Shown: piece after piece, positions 17,632-28,000 of the stretch
Position numbering within the stretch: the stretch's first letter is position 1
Layout: every line of letters starts with the position of its first letter
Source of the DNA: Verrucomicrobiaceae bacterium
Lineage (GTDB): Bacteria; Verrucomicrobiota; Verrucomicrobiia; Verrucomicrobiales; Akkermansiaceae
DNA: 64,000 nucleotides
NCBI GenBank assembly: GCA_051252135.1
Contig: JBPOGH010000002.1
Location: 32,001-96,000, forward strand
Direction: 5' to 3'
Translations under genes and position numbers: made by a program
Notes under the pieces: model-generated
The model's input: the letters and a program-made list of their open reading frames with translations, nothing else
Databases searched by the model: none
What the model was told of the DNA's origin: nothing

Positions 17632-19957
17632 GATCGAGGAGGGTGACTTGTCCGGTTTTCCCGTTCATTTCAACGAGGTCTCCGGTTTTGAGGGTGGTGG
17701 TAATATGGCTGAGGGAGACGATGCAGGGGAGCTGCAATTCGCGGGCGACGATGGCGGAGTGTGAGAGGAGGCTTCCGCGTTCGACGAGGAGTCCGGCGGC
17801 GGCGGGGAAGAGGACGACCCAGCCGGGGTCGGTTTGAGTGGCGACGAGAATTTCACCGGGAAGGAGGGTGGCTTCGCGGGGATTGGTGACGACGCGGACG
17901 GGGCCGCGAACAATGCCGGAGCAGGCGCCGATGCCTTGAAGGTCTCCTTCGTGATCGGTGGGTTCGATGTCGTCGGTGAAGTCGTGAGAGCGATGGATGG
18001 GGCCTCGGGCGGAGAAGCGATCGGGAGGGGCGGGAGAGTGATGATATTCTTCAAACTCTTCCTTGCGAGCGGTGACAATTCCTTTGAGGGCGTTGGTGGT
18101 GGAGTGGTCGAGAACTTCGTCGAGTTTGAGGTAGAAGATGTCGTCGGCTTGCTCCAAGCGGCCGTCGGCGGTGAGGCGGCCTCCGAGTTCGCGCATGATT
18201 TGGCGGACGCGCCCGAAGACGCGGGTGCGCTCGAAGCGGAGGTTTTCGCGGTTGCGGACGAGGTCGCGGGTTTTTCGAAGGATCCAGTTTTTGAGGAATC
18301 CTTTGAGGGGTGGGGGTTCCTCGATGGGTTCGGGGGTGAAGGCGGGGCGCTGGGCGAATCCTCCAATGGACGTGAGGAGAGGGCCGGGGTCATCGACGAC
18401 GGTGGGGCTTTCGAGTTTGAGTTCCTCGAGGCAGCGGTCGCCGAACTCGGCGAGGTAGTCGTTGAATTTGTTGTTGAGCTTGGTGAGGTCTTTGATGGCG
18501 TTTCTTTTGACGGCGAGAGAGGCGTCGTGATCGGTCAGGAGTTTGGCGAGGTCGGGGTGGTGCCGGACGATTCCGGCCATTTCCTTGATGAGTCTTGGCG
18601 GGCGGGCGGAGATGATGTCGCCGGTATCCTGCAGGAGCTCGTTGGGATTGTCGGAGATTTTTCCGAGGAGGCCGTAGAAGATCATGGCGAAGAAGTCGTT
18701 GACGAGGGGGGCGTCCCAGCGTCGGAGCAGTTGGCTTTCGAGATCCTGGTAGTGGGCGACGAGTTCCTCGCTGCGCATTTCCGGGAGAGGGGTGGAGAGG
18801 GCGAGGGCGGAGTCGAGGCGTTTGTTGAAAGCGCGGATTTGTTTGGGAAGTCCGATGAAGGAGCGGAGGAGGCCGACGGTGGTCTTGCTGAGGGCGAGGC
18901 GGTCGCGCCATTTGGTGGTGGTGTTTTCGGCGACGATCTTTTCGACGATCTCGTCGGGGAGGGGTTTTTTGACTCCCATCATTTGCTCCATGAATCCGCG
19001 GTTGGTGGAGAAACCGGGGAGGAGGGCGAGAACGCGGTACCAGCTGACGAGATTGTAGTAGGTGCGGCCGCGGACGAGGCCGAGCATTTTGGGGAAGACG
19101 GTATCGTTGGCTTCGATCTTCCAGGTGGGGACGCCGAGGAGTTTGCAGAATTCGCGGTAGACGTGTTCGTAGATGCGCGAGGCGAACGAGAAGGTGAGCG
19201 GGGTGGTGACACCGCCGTAGCTTTCGGCGATGTTGCTATTGTCCCAGACAACGAGCTCGTCGGAGGGATCGGGGAGATTGGAGAGAGTGGTGATGGCGCG
19301 GCTTTGGAGGAGCCAGAGGGTGCCTTGTTGGTCGATGGCCCACTCGATGTCCTGCGGGCGGTTGAAGTGGGCATTGCACTGACGGCAAAGGGTGGCGATT
19401 TCCTTGATTTGGCGCGGGGTGAGAAGGGTGCTTTCTCCGGCGATGGTGTTGTCCCGGGAGATGCGCCAGTCGTGGGAGTCTACTTCGCCTGAGACGAGGG
19501 ATTCGCCGAGTCCTTCGACGGCGGAGACAAGGCAGACATCGCGGTCGCCCGAGACGGGGTCGGCACCGAAGGCGACGCCGGCGAATCGGGCGTCGACCAT
19601 TTCCTGAACGATGACGGCGACGGGAGCATCGGATTCGGTTTGGCGTGATTGGGTGTAAGCGGAGACGCGATCGGCTTTTTGCGAATTGCGGACTTCTTCG
19701 ATTTTGGCGGGGATGTCCTGCGGAGCGACATTGAGGAAGCTTTCGAACTGTCCGGCAAAGGAGTGCTCCGAGCCGTCTTCGGCCATGGCCGAAGAGCGGA
19801 CGGCGTGGGGTCCGGTGAGTTCGGGAAGAGAGTAGGATCCGGTGGTGACGGCGAACCAGGTGGGCACCTTGAAGCCGGCCTGGGTGAGCTGAGCGAGGGC
19901 GAGGGCTTTGCCGCCTACGGGGTCGGTAGGCTGGCAGTGAAGGGCTTCGATGATCAT
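17621..19957 (-). CDS. PEP-utilising dikinase, rifampicin-phosphotransferase-like architecture
   Basis: ATP-grasp motifs VGGKA, AVRSSA, SFAGQFES, QDIEWA, LQSRAIT; large central helical domain; C-terminal phospho-His swivel TDPGW..GSLLSHSAIVARE. Confidence 0.9.
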   Translation of the reverse strand: MIIEALHCQPTDPVGGKALALAQLTQAGFKVPTWFAVTTGSYSLPELTGPHAVRSSAMAEDGSEHSFAGQFESFLNVAPQDIPAKIEEVRNSQKADRVSAYTQSRQTESDAPVAVIVQEMVDARFAGVAFGADPVSGDRDVCLVSAVEGLGESLVSGEVDSHDWRISRDNTIAGESTLLTPRQIKEIATLCRQCNAHFNRPQDIEWAIDQQGTLWLLQSRAITTLSNLPDPSDELVVWDNSNIAESYGGVTTPLTFSFASRIYEHVYREFCKLLGVPTWKIEANDTVFPKMLGLVRGRTYYNLVSWYRVLALLPGFSTNRGFMEQMMGVKKPLPDEIVEKIVAENTTTKWRDRLALSKTTVGLLRSFIGLPKQIRAFNKRLDSALALSTPLPEMRSEELVAHYQDLESQLLRRWDAPLVNDFFAMIFYGLLGKISDNPNELLQDTGDIISARPPRLIKEMAGIVRHHPDLAKLLTDHDASLAVKRNAIKDLTKLNNKFNDYLAEFGDRCLEELKLESPTVVDDPGPLLTSIGGFAQRPAFTPEPIEEPPPLKGFLKNWILRKTRDLVRNRENLRFERTRVFGRVRQIMRELGGRLTADGRLEQADDIFYLKLDEVLDHSTTNALKGIVTARKEEFEEYHHSPAPPDRFSARGPIHRSHDFTDDIEPTDHEGDLQGIGACSGIVRGPVRVVTNPREATLLPGEILVATQTDPGWVVLFPAAAGLLVERGSLLSHSAIVARELQLPCIVSLSHITTTLKTGDLVEMNGKTGQVTLLDHEE

Positions 19958-20820
19958 GACAGGAAGAGGGGGAGGATTCCGAGAGTGAGGTAGAGAAGAA
20001 GCGTCCAGAGGCCGGCGATCAGTTCCATTCGTTTTCCGGGTTGCCAAAGGAGGATGGCGAGTCCGAGAGCGGATCCGAGGATGATCGAAGTGTGGAAATG
20101 AGTGCCGATCTGGCAAGCGGCGATGAAGGCAAAGAGGAAGGTGGCGAGCATGCAGGAGAGCCAAATGAAGACGGCGTTTTTTTTGCCCCAGAGTTTGCTG
20201 TAAGTGGGGACGCCTGTTTCTTCGTCGGCTGGCTCCCGAATTTTACGTCCGAGCTCGATGACGAGCCCATTGCAGAAGCTGGCGGCGAGGAACCAGATGA
20301 GTCCGGAGGGAGCTGAACCGTGGGTGGGTTGCCAGTAGGTGGCAGTGGCGTAAAAATCGACAATGGGCATGATGAGCATGTGGGTCCAGAGGTAGGTAAT
20401 GGGTCGCTCTTTGAGCCAGTCACGGCAGAAGAACTCGACGCTCATCAAGGCGAGGTAGGCCCAGGCGAGGATGAGGACGATCACGAGGGGGGGGGAGAAC
20501 CAGAGGGCGAGAGCGAGCTGAATGACGGCTCCGAGGACAAAGACGATACCGAGGGAGCGCAGAGAGATCAGGCCGCGAGGAACGGGTCGGTAGGGACGGT
20601 AGGTGGCGTCCTCTTCGGCGTCCTTAAATTCATCGGCAATTCGGAGTTGGAGGAAGAAGATCAGGCAGGTCGCAAAGGCGACGAGAAACATGGGAAGGGT
20701 GGGTTCCGGACCCTTGCTGAGGAAGGAGGAATAGAGAACGGCGCAGGCGCTGAAGGCAGCGACGAGAAGTCCGTTGGCTATGATTGGGAAGCGTTCTTTT
20801 TGGTAAGTCCACCAGCGCAT
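19954..20820 (-). CDS. UbiA-family prenyltransferase
   Basis: RIADEFKD.EED..YRP.RP.PRG Asp-rich motif, about 8 TM segments, ELGRK..E.TYS. Confidence 0.85.
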   Translation of the reverse strand: MRWWTYQKERFPIIANGLLVAAFSACAVLYSSFLSKGPEPTLPMFLVAFATCLIFFLQLRIADEFKDAEEDATYRPYRPVPRGLISLRSLGIVFVLGAVIQLALALWFSPPLVIVLILAWAYLALMSVEFFCRDWLKERPITYLWTHMLIMPIVDFYATATYWQPTHGSAPSGLIWFLAASFCNGLVIELGRKIREPADEETGVPTYSKLWGKKNAVFIWLSCMLATFLFAFIAACQIGTHFHTSIILGSALGLAILLWQPGKRMELIAGLWTLLLYLTLGILPLFLS

Positions 20821-20886
20821 GTCGACACAGTAGGGAATTTCATAAAATACATCCAATCGATAAATGGAAACCTAACATTGATGGTG

Positions 20887-22149
20887 TCAATGTTTTCCCC
20901 GGGCGAGGTTTTTGTGTGCGCGGGAGAAGTGACCGGCGGCGAGGGCGCCGATGATGGAGAGTTCGCCACCGAGGATGAGGCCTGCGGTGACCTCGGCGAG
21001 GGCGCGGGCTTTGTCGGGGCCGACGAGGCCCATGAGTTGGAGGCAGGCGTTTTGGGTGGGGAGTCCGGTGCCTCCTCCGACGGTGCCGACCATGATGCCG
21101 GGGAGGGTGACGGCGGCGTAGAGATCGCCATTTTCAGATTCTTCAAAGCGGGTGACGCCGATGGCGGACTCGGCGACGCAGGCGACATCCTGACCGGTGG
21201 CGAGGTAGAGGGCGGCGAGGCCGTTGGCGAAGTGGCCCTGGATGCCGATGGTGCCGCTGAGGACGCCTCCGATGGCGGAGGTGCGCCAGTAGTCGCACAT
21301 GTCCTTGACCGAGCAGTGGAGGCGTTTCTCGACAAGGGTGGCGGGGAGGGACACTTCGGCGGAGACCTTTTTGCCGCGGGCGGAAGTGAAGGCGCGGGAG
21401 CTGGCTTTCTTGTCGCCGGAAAGGTTGGCCTCGACGTAGGCGCGTTGGGGAGAGACGGGGGAGTGTTCGAGGATGAAATCGCAGATCGCCTGGGTGGCGA
21501 TGGTGATCATGTTTTGGCCGGAGGCGTCGGCGGTTTGGAAATCGAAGTTGAGATAGACGTGGTTGCCTTCGACGGTGGTGGCGATATCGACAAGGCGGCC
21601 GTGGTTGGTGGTGGTGGAGACGATTTCTTTGAAGGTGTCGATTTGGGACATGGCCCACATGACGAACTGTCCGGCGTGGCTCAGGGAGGCGAAAGAGAAA
21701 AAGGGAGAGCGGCTGATAGATTCGTTCAGGACGGCGGCGGAACATCCCCCGGCTTCGGTAATGAGCGAGGCTCCCCGGTGGTAGCTGGCGACGAGGGCGG
21801 CCTCGGTGGTGGCGAGGGGGACGTGGTAGTCGCCTTTGGCATAGAGGCCGTTGACGCGGAGTGGTCCGGCGATGCCGAGCGGGATTTTGAGTGAGCCGAT
21901 GAGGTTTTCGATATTGCCGGAGTAGGCTTCGAGGTCGTCGGGTTGGAAGAGGGTGGCTTTGATCTGCGGGTCGGTGGCAATTTTATCCCAAAGTTGCTCG
22001 ACCCGGGCGGGGTGGGTTTTGGCGCTGACGGGGATTTTTTTTGGAAGGTCAGTGAGGTTGGGGGCGAGTTGTTTGACGAGGTCGTCGAGATTTCGGCCAG
22101 CGAGGACGTCGTCGATGTGTTGCTTTGTGAGATCGTGTTTTCCCGCCAT
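20887..22149 (-). CDS. Class I HMG-CoA reductase-like protein
   Basis: ENLIG, PLATTEAALVAS, DASGQNM, GDKK, GTVGGGT, GELS and a C-terminal His. Start at ATG 22149 (TTG 22185 is an alternative). Confidence 0.92.
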   Translation of the reverse strand: MAGKHDLTKQHIDDVLAGRNLDDLVKQLAPNLTDLPKKIPVSAKTHPARVEQLWDKIATDPQIKATLFQPDDLEAYSGNIENLIGSLKIPLGIAGPLRVNGLYAKGDYHVPLATTEAALVASYHRGASLITEAGGCSAAVLNESISRSPFFSFASLSHAGQFVMWAMSQIDTFKEIVSTTTNHGRLVDIATTVEGNHVYLNFDFQTADASGQNMITIATQAICDFILEHSPVSPQRAYVEANLSGDKKASSRAFTSARGKKVSAEVSLPATLVEKRLHCSVKDMCDYWRTSAIGGVLSGTIGIQGHFANGLAALYLATGQDVACVAESAIGVTRFEESENGDLYAAVTLPGIMVGTVGGGTGLPTQNACLQLMGLVGPDKARALAEVTAGLILGGELSIIGALAAGHFSRAHKNLARGKH

Positions 22150-22178
22150 ACGAACAGTGGTATCCGGATCATGGGCCA

Positions 22179-22193
22179 CTATCAATCTGATAG
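22179..22193. promoter_or_regulatory. Inverted repeat CTATCA-N3-TGATAG, candidate repressor site for the HMGR cluster
   Basis: Perfect 6 bp arms about 30 bp upstream of the ATG at 22149. Confidence 0.4.
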
Positions 22194-22254
22194 AGTGATC
22201 ATGCGATAGCCGATCCCATTTCCGCTTCTTTTTTTGTTAGAAAATTGGTGTGAG

Positions 22255-25005
22255 TTACTTGATACGGAGGATGCCTTGCATGGCTTGCCAGTGGCCGGGG
22301 AAGGTGCAGATGTAGGGGTAGTCGCCGGGTTTTGAGGGGGCGCGGAAGTGGAGGGTGTGGTTTTTTCCGGGGTCGATGACGGGGATGATGTGGAGGACTT
22401 CGGAGAGGGCGGGGACGTAGTTTTTTTGGTCGGCCTTGGGGTCGTTAAGCATTTTGAAGGAGGCTTCTCCGACTTTTTGGGTGGCTCCGGGTGTTACGAT
22501 GACGAGGTTGTGAGGCATGACATCGGTGTTCTTGAGGCTGAGGGCGATGGCTTGGTCGGGTTTGGCGGTGAGGATTTTTTGTTTGTACTGGAGACCACCG
22601 ATGGCATCGACGGTGAGCTTGATGTGGCCTTCGAGGGGTTTGCCGGTGACGTTGTTTTGTTTCGGTTTGTTGGTGCCGCGATCGATGCGGAGGGCGATGG
22701 AGGTGGGCTTTTTCTTATGAAAAATTTCGACACCTTCGTGATTAAAATGGGGGGAGAGGTAGAGGGGGGAGGGGAAGAGGTCGGTTTTGAAGTCGTGGCC
22801 GTCGGCTGCGGTGAGGTGCATGCGGAGGTGGAGTTGCATGACGGGTTGGAGCCCGGGGATTTCGACGAAGAGGGAGGTTCCCTCATTTAAGAGGGTGACG
22901 GAGCGGATGGTGACGGGGTCGTGTCCGAGGGAGGCGGGGTTTTTGAGAGAGAACTCGGGGGAGCCGTAGCGTTTTTTGTATTCGTAGTTCCAGACTTGGC
23001 CGAAGTGGCGGTGGAGTTCTTTGGCGCTGGCGGCGAGGGGTTGGGTGAAGTCGATGCGGACGCCATTGGTGTGGACCTGGAAGCCGGAGGGTTTGTAGAC
23101 TTTTTGGCCGGTGTAGCGGACGCGGTGGAAGCAGCCGTCCTGGGTGGAGTAGTCGCCCCAGCCATCGAGGCCGACGAGGTAGAGTTGGCCGTCTTGAGGG
23201 TGGAATTTTCCACGCATGGAGCCGGCGAGGAATTCGCCCTCGAGGGGAACGGTGGCGCCTTGGGGGCGGGCGGCTTTGTCATCGCGGAGGATGAGGTAGT
23301 GGAGGCCGGACCCGTAGGAGAGGCCGAGGTGGGAACCTTTGAAGGGGCCCCATTTGTCGGAGGTGATCTCGACCATGCCGCCGACCGAGCCGTCGATGCC
23401 GCGGGGGATGTAGCAGAGGGGCGGGGAGATTTGGTTGGTCTTATCGGCGGAGCTGGGGAGGCCGTAGAATTCCCCCTGGTGGACTTCGATGATGGAGGAG
23501 GCGGGGGTCCAGGTGCCTTCCTGGGGGGCGACCCAGAAGTAGTCGGCGGAGCCGCCGATGCCCATGCAGTTGCGGACGCCGGAGCCTTGGATGACGGTCT
23601 TGCGGTCGGGGCCGGTGCGGAGGATGGCTTCGCGTTGGGTGAAGTGGAAGGAGCCATCGGAAGTACGATGAAGGCCGAAGGTGTGGGAGTGGGAGCGATC
23701 GTAGCCGCCGAAGTCGTTGGCGTAGTTCTCGTAGAAGTCGGCTTCGCCGTCGGCGTTGGTGTCGTGGAGGCGGTAGATTTGGCCGCGGTCGAGGACGAAG
23801 ATGCCGTCGTGATCGATGTGGATGCCGACGGGTTGGTTGAGGCCGGTGGCGAAGCGACGCCAGGTGACATTTTGGAGGGAGTCATCGATGCCGGAGACGA
23901 GCCAGACGTCGCCGGGGAGGGTGCAGACGAGGGCGTCGCCATTGGGGAAAAAGTCGATGCCGCTGAGTTGCATGACGTTTTGGTAGGGGTTGTTGAAGGG
24001 GACTGTGAGGGTGTCGACGAGGTAGGCGGAATCGGGGCGGGGTTTGCCGAGGGTGCCGGGGGATTTGAGGGTTTCGGTCCAGCGGCGGGTGGGTTTGCGG
24101 TCGGCGGTGAGGTGGGTGATTCCGGCATCGAATGACAGGTCGAGGCCGAGCTTATTGACTTGGGCGATGATGACGGAGGCTCCAGCGGTGGCGCTCTTCA
24201 GGGAGAGGATGCCGTTGCTGAGGGCGGCTTCGACATTTTGGGAGGAGACGATGGAGGTGTGTAGATCGTTGCCGAGGGGGAGGTCGAGGTGGCCGGTGGG
24301 GGAGAGATCGAGGCGGCGGTAGAAGACGTTTGTTTCGGCCCATGGTTCGTCCTGGAGGGTGACGTCGCCGAGTTGGTATTTGAAGACGATGCGTTTGCCG
24401 TAGCGGTGGAAGCCGAGGTAGGTGGCGTCGGCCGGGGCGGTGGCATTTTCAGAGGCGAACCAAGGGGTGCCTTCGATGAGGGCGTTGCGCGAGGTGCCCC
24501 AGCGGAAGCCGTGGAACCCGACGAAGCCGTCCTGCCAGACGGTGCGGTAGCTGAGGGTTTGGGGGTCGAAGCAGGCGGAGAGTTCGCGGTCTTCGCCGAG
24601 GCGGATGTTGATGCCCTTGAGGACGACGAGTTTTTTGTAGCGGGTGACGTGGGTGAAGTGCTCGCCGAGTTCGATGTCGTTCCAGCGGGTGTCGCTGTGG
24701 TTGTTCTGGTTGTGTTTTCCCCAGTGGCCGTGGAGGCCGGCGTCGAGTCCGGGGTAGGCGGGGATGGTTTCGGGGACGGGCCCGGAGCTGGCCATGAAGA
24801 AGTCGGCCTGGCGTTGGTAGAAGTCGTAGAGGCGGGCTTCGTTGACTGTTTTATCGGCGAGTTGGTAGCCATCGCGACCGCCTTTTGGGTCGGCGTAAGG
24901 GTGAAGGTCGGGCTTGGCGGCGCCTCCGGATTCCTGGGCGGAGAGGGTTCCGCAAATGGTTGAAGAGAAGGCGAGGGCGAGCGAAAGGAGGCGGGATGAG
25001 GACAT
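22255..25005 (-). CDS. Secreted DUF6797-like / beta-propeller dehydrogenase-like protein with C-terminal azurin/auracyanin-type blue-copper domain
   Basis: Signal peptide; FATGL..P.G and NADGEAD propeller motifs; type-1 Cu ligands MPHN and CTFPGHWQAM. Confidence 0.8.
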   Translation of the reverse strand: MSSSRLLSLALAFSSTICGTLSAQESGGAAKPDLHPYADPKGGRDGYQLADKTVNEARLYDFYQRQADFFMASSGPVPETIPAYPGLDAGLHGHWGKHNQNNHSDTRWNDIELGEHFTHVTRYKKLVVLKGINIRLGEDRELSACFDPQTLSYRTVWQDGFVGFHGFRWGTSRNALIEGTPWFASENATAPADATYLGFHRYGKRIVFKYQLGDVTLQDEPWAETNVFYRRLDLSPTGHLDLPLGNDLHTSIVSSQNVEAALSNGILSLKSATAGASVIIAQVNKLGLDLSFDAGITHLTADRKPTRRWTETLKSPGTLGKPRPDSAYLVDTLTVPFNNPYQNVMQLSGIDFFPNGDALVCTLPGDVWLVSGIDDSLQNVTWRRFATGLNQPVGIHIDHDGIFVLDRGQIYRLHDTNADGEADFYENYANDFGGYDRSHSHTFGLHRTSDGSFHFTQREAILRTGPDRKTVIQGSGVRNCMGIGGSADYFWVAPQEGTWTPASSIIEVHQGEFYGLPSSADKTNQISPPLCYIPRGIDGSVGGMVEITSDKWGPFKGSHLGLSYGSGLHYLILRDDKAARPQGATVPLEGEFLAGSMRGKFHPQDGQLYLVGLDGWGDYSTQDGCFHRVRYTGQKVYKPSGFQVHTNGVRIDFTQPLAASAKELHRHFGQVWNYEYKKRYGSPEFSLKNPASLGHDPVTIRSVTLLNEGTSLFVEIPGLQPVMQLHLRMHLTAADGHDFKTDLFPSPLYLSPHFNHEGVEIFHKKKPTSIALRIDRGTNKPKQNNVTGKPLEGHIKLTVDAIGGLQYKQKILTAKPDQAIALSLKNTDVMPHNLVIVTPGATQKVGEASFKMLNDPKADQKNYVPALSEVLHIIPVIDPGKNHTLHFRAPSKPGDYPYICTFPGHWQAMQGILRIK

Positions 25006-25085
25006 GGGCGATGGAAGGGCAAGGATACGGAGTGGTGGCGGTGATCCTTGCAGGGATCTCCGGGCCACCACGGCCATCCTGATCC

Positions 25086-28000
25086 TTACTCGGCGACCGA
25101 GATCACGCGCCAGAATTTTTTAGTTCCGGTCGCTCCGCCGACATCGATGAGGCCATCGTTGCCGCCGGTGGCGACGACCTGTGCGCCTTGGGTTTGCCAG
25201 TTTTCGAGATCCAGACTCGATTGCAGTTGATAGGTGATGTTGGCCTCGCCGCGGAAGCGGATGACGACATTGTTTCCGGAGATGAGAAGGTCGAGGATTT
25301 CCGCCTTAGCTCCTTCGTAGAACTGTCCGAAGATTTCGAACTCCTCTTCGATCCGGCCTTGCTGGTCATCGTCTCCGGACCAGACCGCAAGCAATCGGCC
25401 GTTCGAGGAATTGACGCCGACCATGGGGGTGTGGGCATTGAAGTTTGGATCGTTATCAGGGCCCATATCGCTGAGGAAGAAGTTGGAGGTTCCAATCGGA
25501 TTCGCGACCACGGGCGAGAGCAATTGGCCGCGAATCTCCGAGCCATCTCCGGCTCCGAGGGGGATCGATTCCCAAACGACGATGTAGTCGCCACGGACGG
25601 GATCGTAGGCACAGGAGGGGTTGACTGCGGTAGCATCCGGCGCATCACTGATGGTGAAGATATCGGACGATTCGGGAATGCCCTCGAAATAGAAGCGGCC
25701 GTGGATCTGGATGTCTCCGAGCGAAGCGGCGTCGGCCTGCCAGACGACGAGGAAGCCGTTTTCAGCGTCGGCATCGAGGCTTGCGCAGACGGCGGGATTT
25801 TGCGCAGTGCGACCGGAGTCATTGTTGGGGAGGGTGGTGCTGATCTTGATGATCGAAAGGGGTTGTCCGGTCTGGCCACTGACGCGGCGTCCGTAGATTT
25901 CGTATTTGTCATCCAAGGCTCCCCCATCGGCCTGCCAGACTGCGAGGAAGTCCACTCCGTTGAAAGCGACCGAGGGATTCAAGGCATCGCGATCGGCATT
26001 TCCATCGGTCGAGGTGGCGCTGAGGCGAAAATCATCCAGACCGACCTCGGCCGCGTCGGGGCCATTGAGATGTTGACCGTAGATTTCAAATTCGTTGTTC
26101 ACCAATGAGCCGGTATCGGAGTCGGATTCCCACACGACGAGATATTGATTGGTGAGGTGGTTGTAGGCCACGTCGGGGTTGGCGCCATCGATCTGATTGT
26201 TGCCGCGGGTTCCGACGTCACTGATCCGCGTTTCATCGGTCAGGAATTCTCCGGTGCCACCGTTCATGCGTCGCACGAAGATCTCGGTTTCCGAGCCACT
26301 AAATCCGTTGTCGGATCGACTGAAGCCTGCCCAGACGACAAGGAACTCGTTGTCCGTTTCATTGTAAGCGGCAGCGGGGTCCTGGTTTTCCCCGATGGCG
26401 GAGCCTCCACCGCTGCTTTGATCGATGATGAAATCATCCTCGTGAAGTCGTGCGCCGGTGGTGCCATCGATGCGGTTTCCGAAAATTCTTTCAAGCGCAA
26501 AGGCGCCGCCGGCTCCGGGGTTTTCCCAGACAACGAGAAAGCAATCGTCAGTTGAATTGTAAGCGAGGGCCGGGACGAAGGCGTCACTGATGTTATCGCC
26601 ATCACTGCCGGCATTGCTGATCCGGGCGTCATTGGATCCCACTTCCAAAAGACCGCCATCCACGGATGCCAATTGGACAAAGATTTCCTCTTCCTCCGGG
26701 AAGAGGCCGAATTGATCATCATTACCCGACCAGGCGAGGAATATCCGGGCACCCGGACCGCTGGCCAAGGCCAAGGGGGCTTCGGGGCCAAAGGTGTCGT
26801 CCCCATCCGGACCGAGGTCAGTCATTCGGGTGTTGGATCCGAGAGCCGAACCGCTGGCGCCGTCGATGACCTGTCCGACGATTTCCTCTTCCCGGCCACC
26901 TCCACCGAAATCCTCCGATGCGCGCCAAGTGACGACGAAGGCCTTTTGGTCATCCTGGTAGATGACCTTGGGATCGGTAGCGGAGTCCGCCGAGGTGCCG
27001 TCGTCATTTCCGAAGAAGCTGATTCTGAAATCATCTGCGCCCACTTCCACACCGGTTGCGTCGGCGATGAGCTGGCCGTAGATTTCGTTCTCGTTGTTTG
27101 CGAGGGAGCCGACGCCGGTGTCGGCCTCCCAGACGACGAGAAAGCGGTCCTGGTTCGGGTCATAGGCCGCTGTCGGAGCGCCGGCATCCGCACCGGTGTC
27201 GCCATCTGTGCCGACACTGCTGATGCGGAAGTCATTGGGGCCCATCTCCGCCATGGTCACGGCATCCACGAGTTGACCGAAGATTTCCTGTTCGCCATTT
27301 ACCAATCCCCCGGACAAATCATCGCCCTCCCAGACGACGAGAAAGCGTCCGGCATCACTGTATGCGATGGCCGGATTGAGGGCATCATAGCCTCCGTCTC
27401 CGTCCGGTCCCATGTCGCTGAAGCGAACGGTGCCTCCGATGCGAAATCCGGAGCCGTTGAGGAAGTGACCGAAGATTTCGTTTTCGTTTCTGATCAGGCC
27501 GCCGCTTTGTTGGTAGCCGCTCCAGACAATCAGATAGCGGTTGGTCTCGGGGGAATACGAGAGGGCCGGGTTAACAGTGCCTTCGTTTTCGTCATCGTTG
27601 ACCATGAAGGCGTCCCCAATTTTGGCTCCGGTTTCGGCAAGGAGTCGTTGGCCTCTGATCTCGCTGGATGAGGTGGTCCAAACGACGAGGTATTCACCTG
27701 CGGCGGAATTGTAAGCCACGGCGGGTTGGCGGGGATAGACCGAATTGGTGTCACCATCCTCAAAGGTATCGCTGATGGCGAATTGGAGGTCGCCGACCAA
27801 CGCTCCGGTGGTGGCATCGATTCGTTGACCGAAGATCTCAATCTCATTGAGGAGGCGTTCGCCCACCATGCCATCGGCACTCCAGACGATGAAGTATTCG
27901 TTTCGGTTTGCATTGTAGACGACGGCAGGTTCTTCCGCGCGGAAATACTTGGCGAAGTCGTCCACCGAGTGGCTCACCCGGAAGTCATTGGTTCCGATTT

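Noticed and set aside
17834..19492. Long antisense or alternate-frame ORFs (also 20320-21894, 22921-24135, 37206-38564, 51401-52969, 57570-58817 and many others)
   Set aside because: They overlap well-supported genes, are G/E/V- or P/S/T-biased and lack motifs; they are shadows of codon bias.
17621..19957. Rifampicin resistance gene or true PEP synthase
   Set aside because: It lacks the C-terminal PEP-binding barrel of PpsA. The RPH-like architecture is shared by many uncharacterised dikinases, and the context is biosynthetic.
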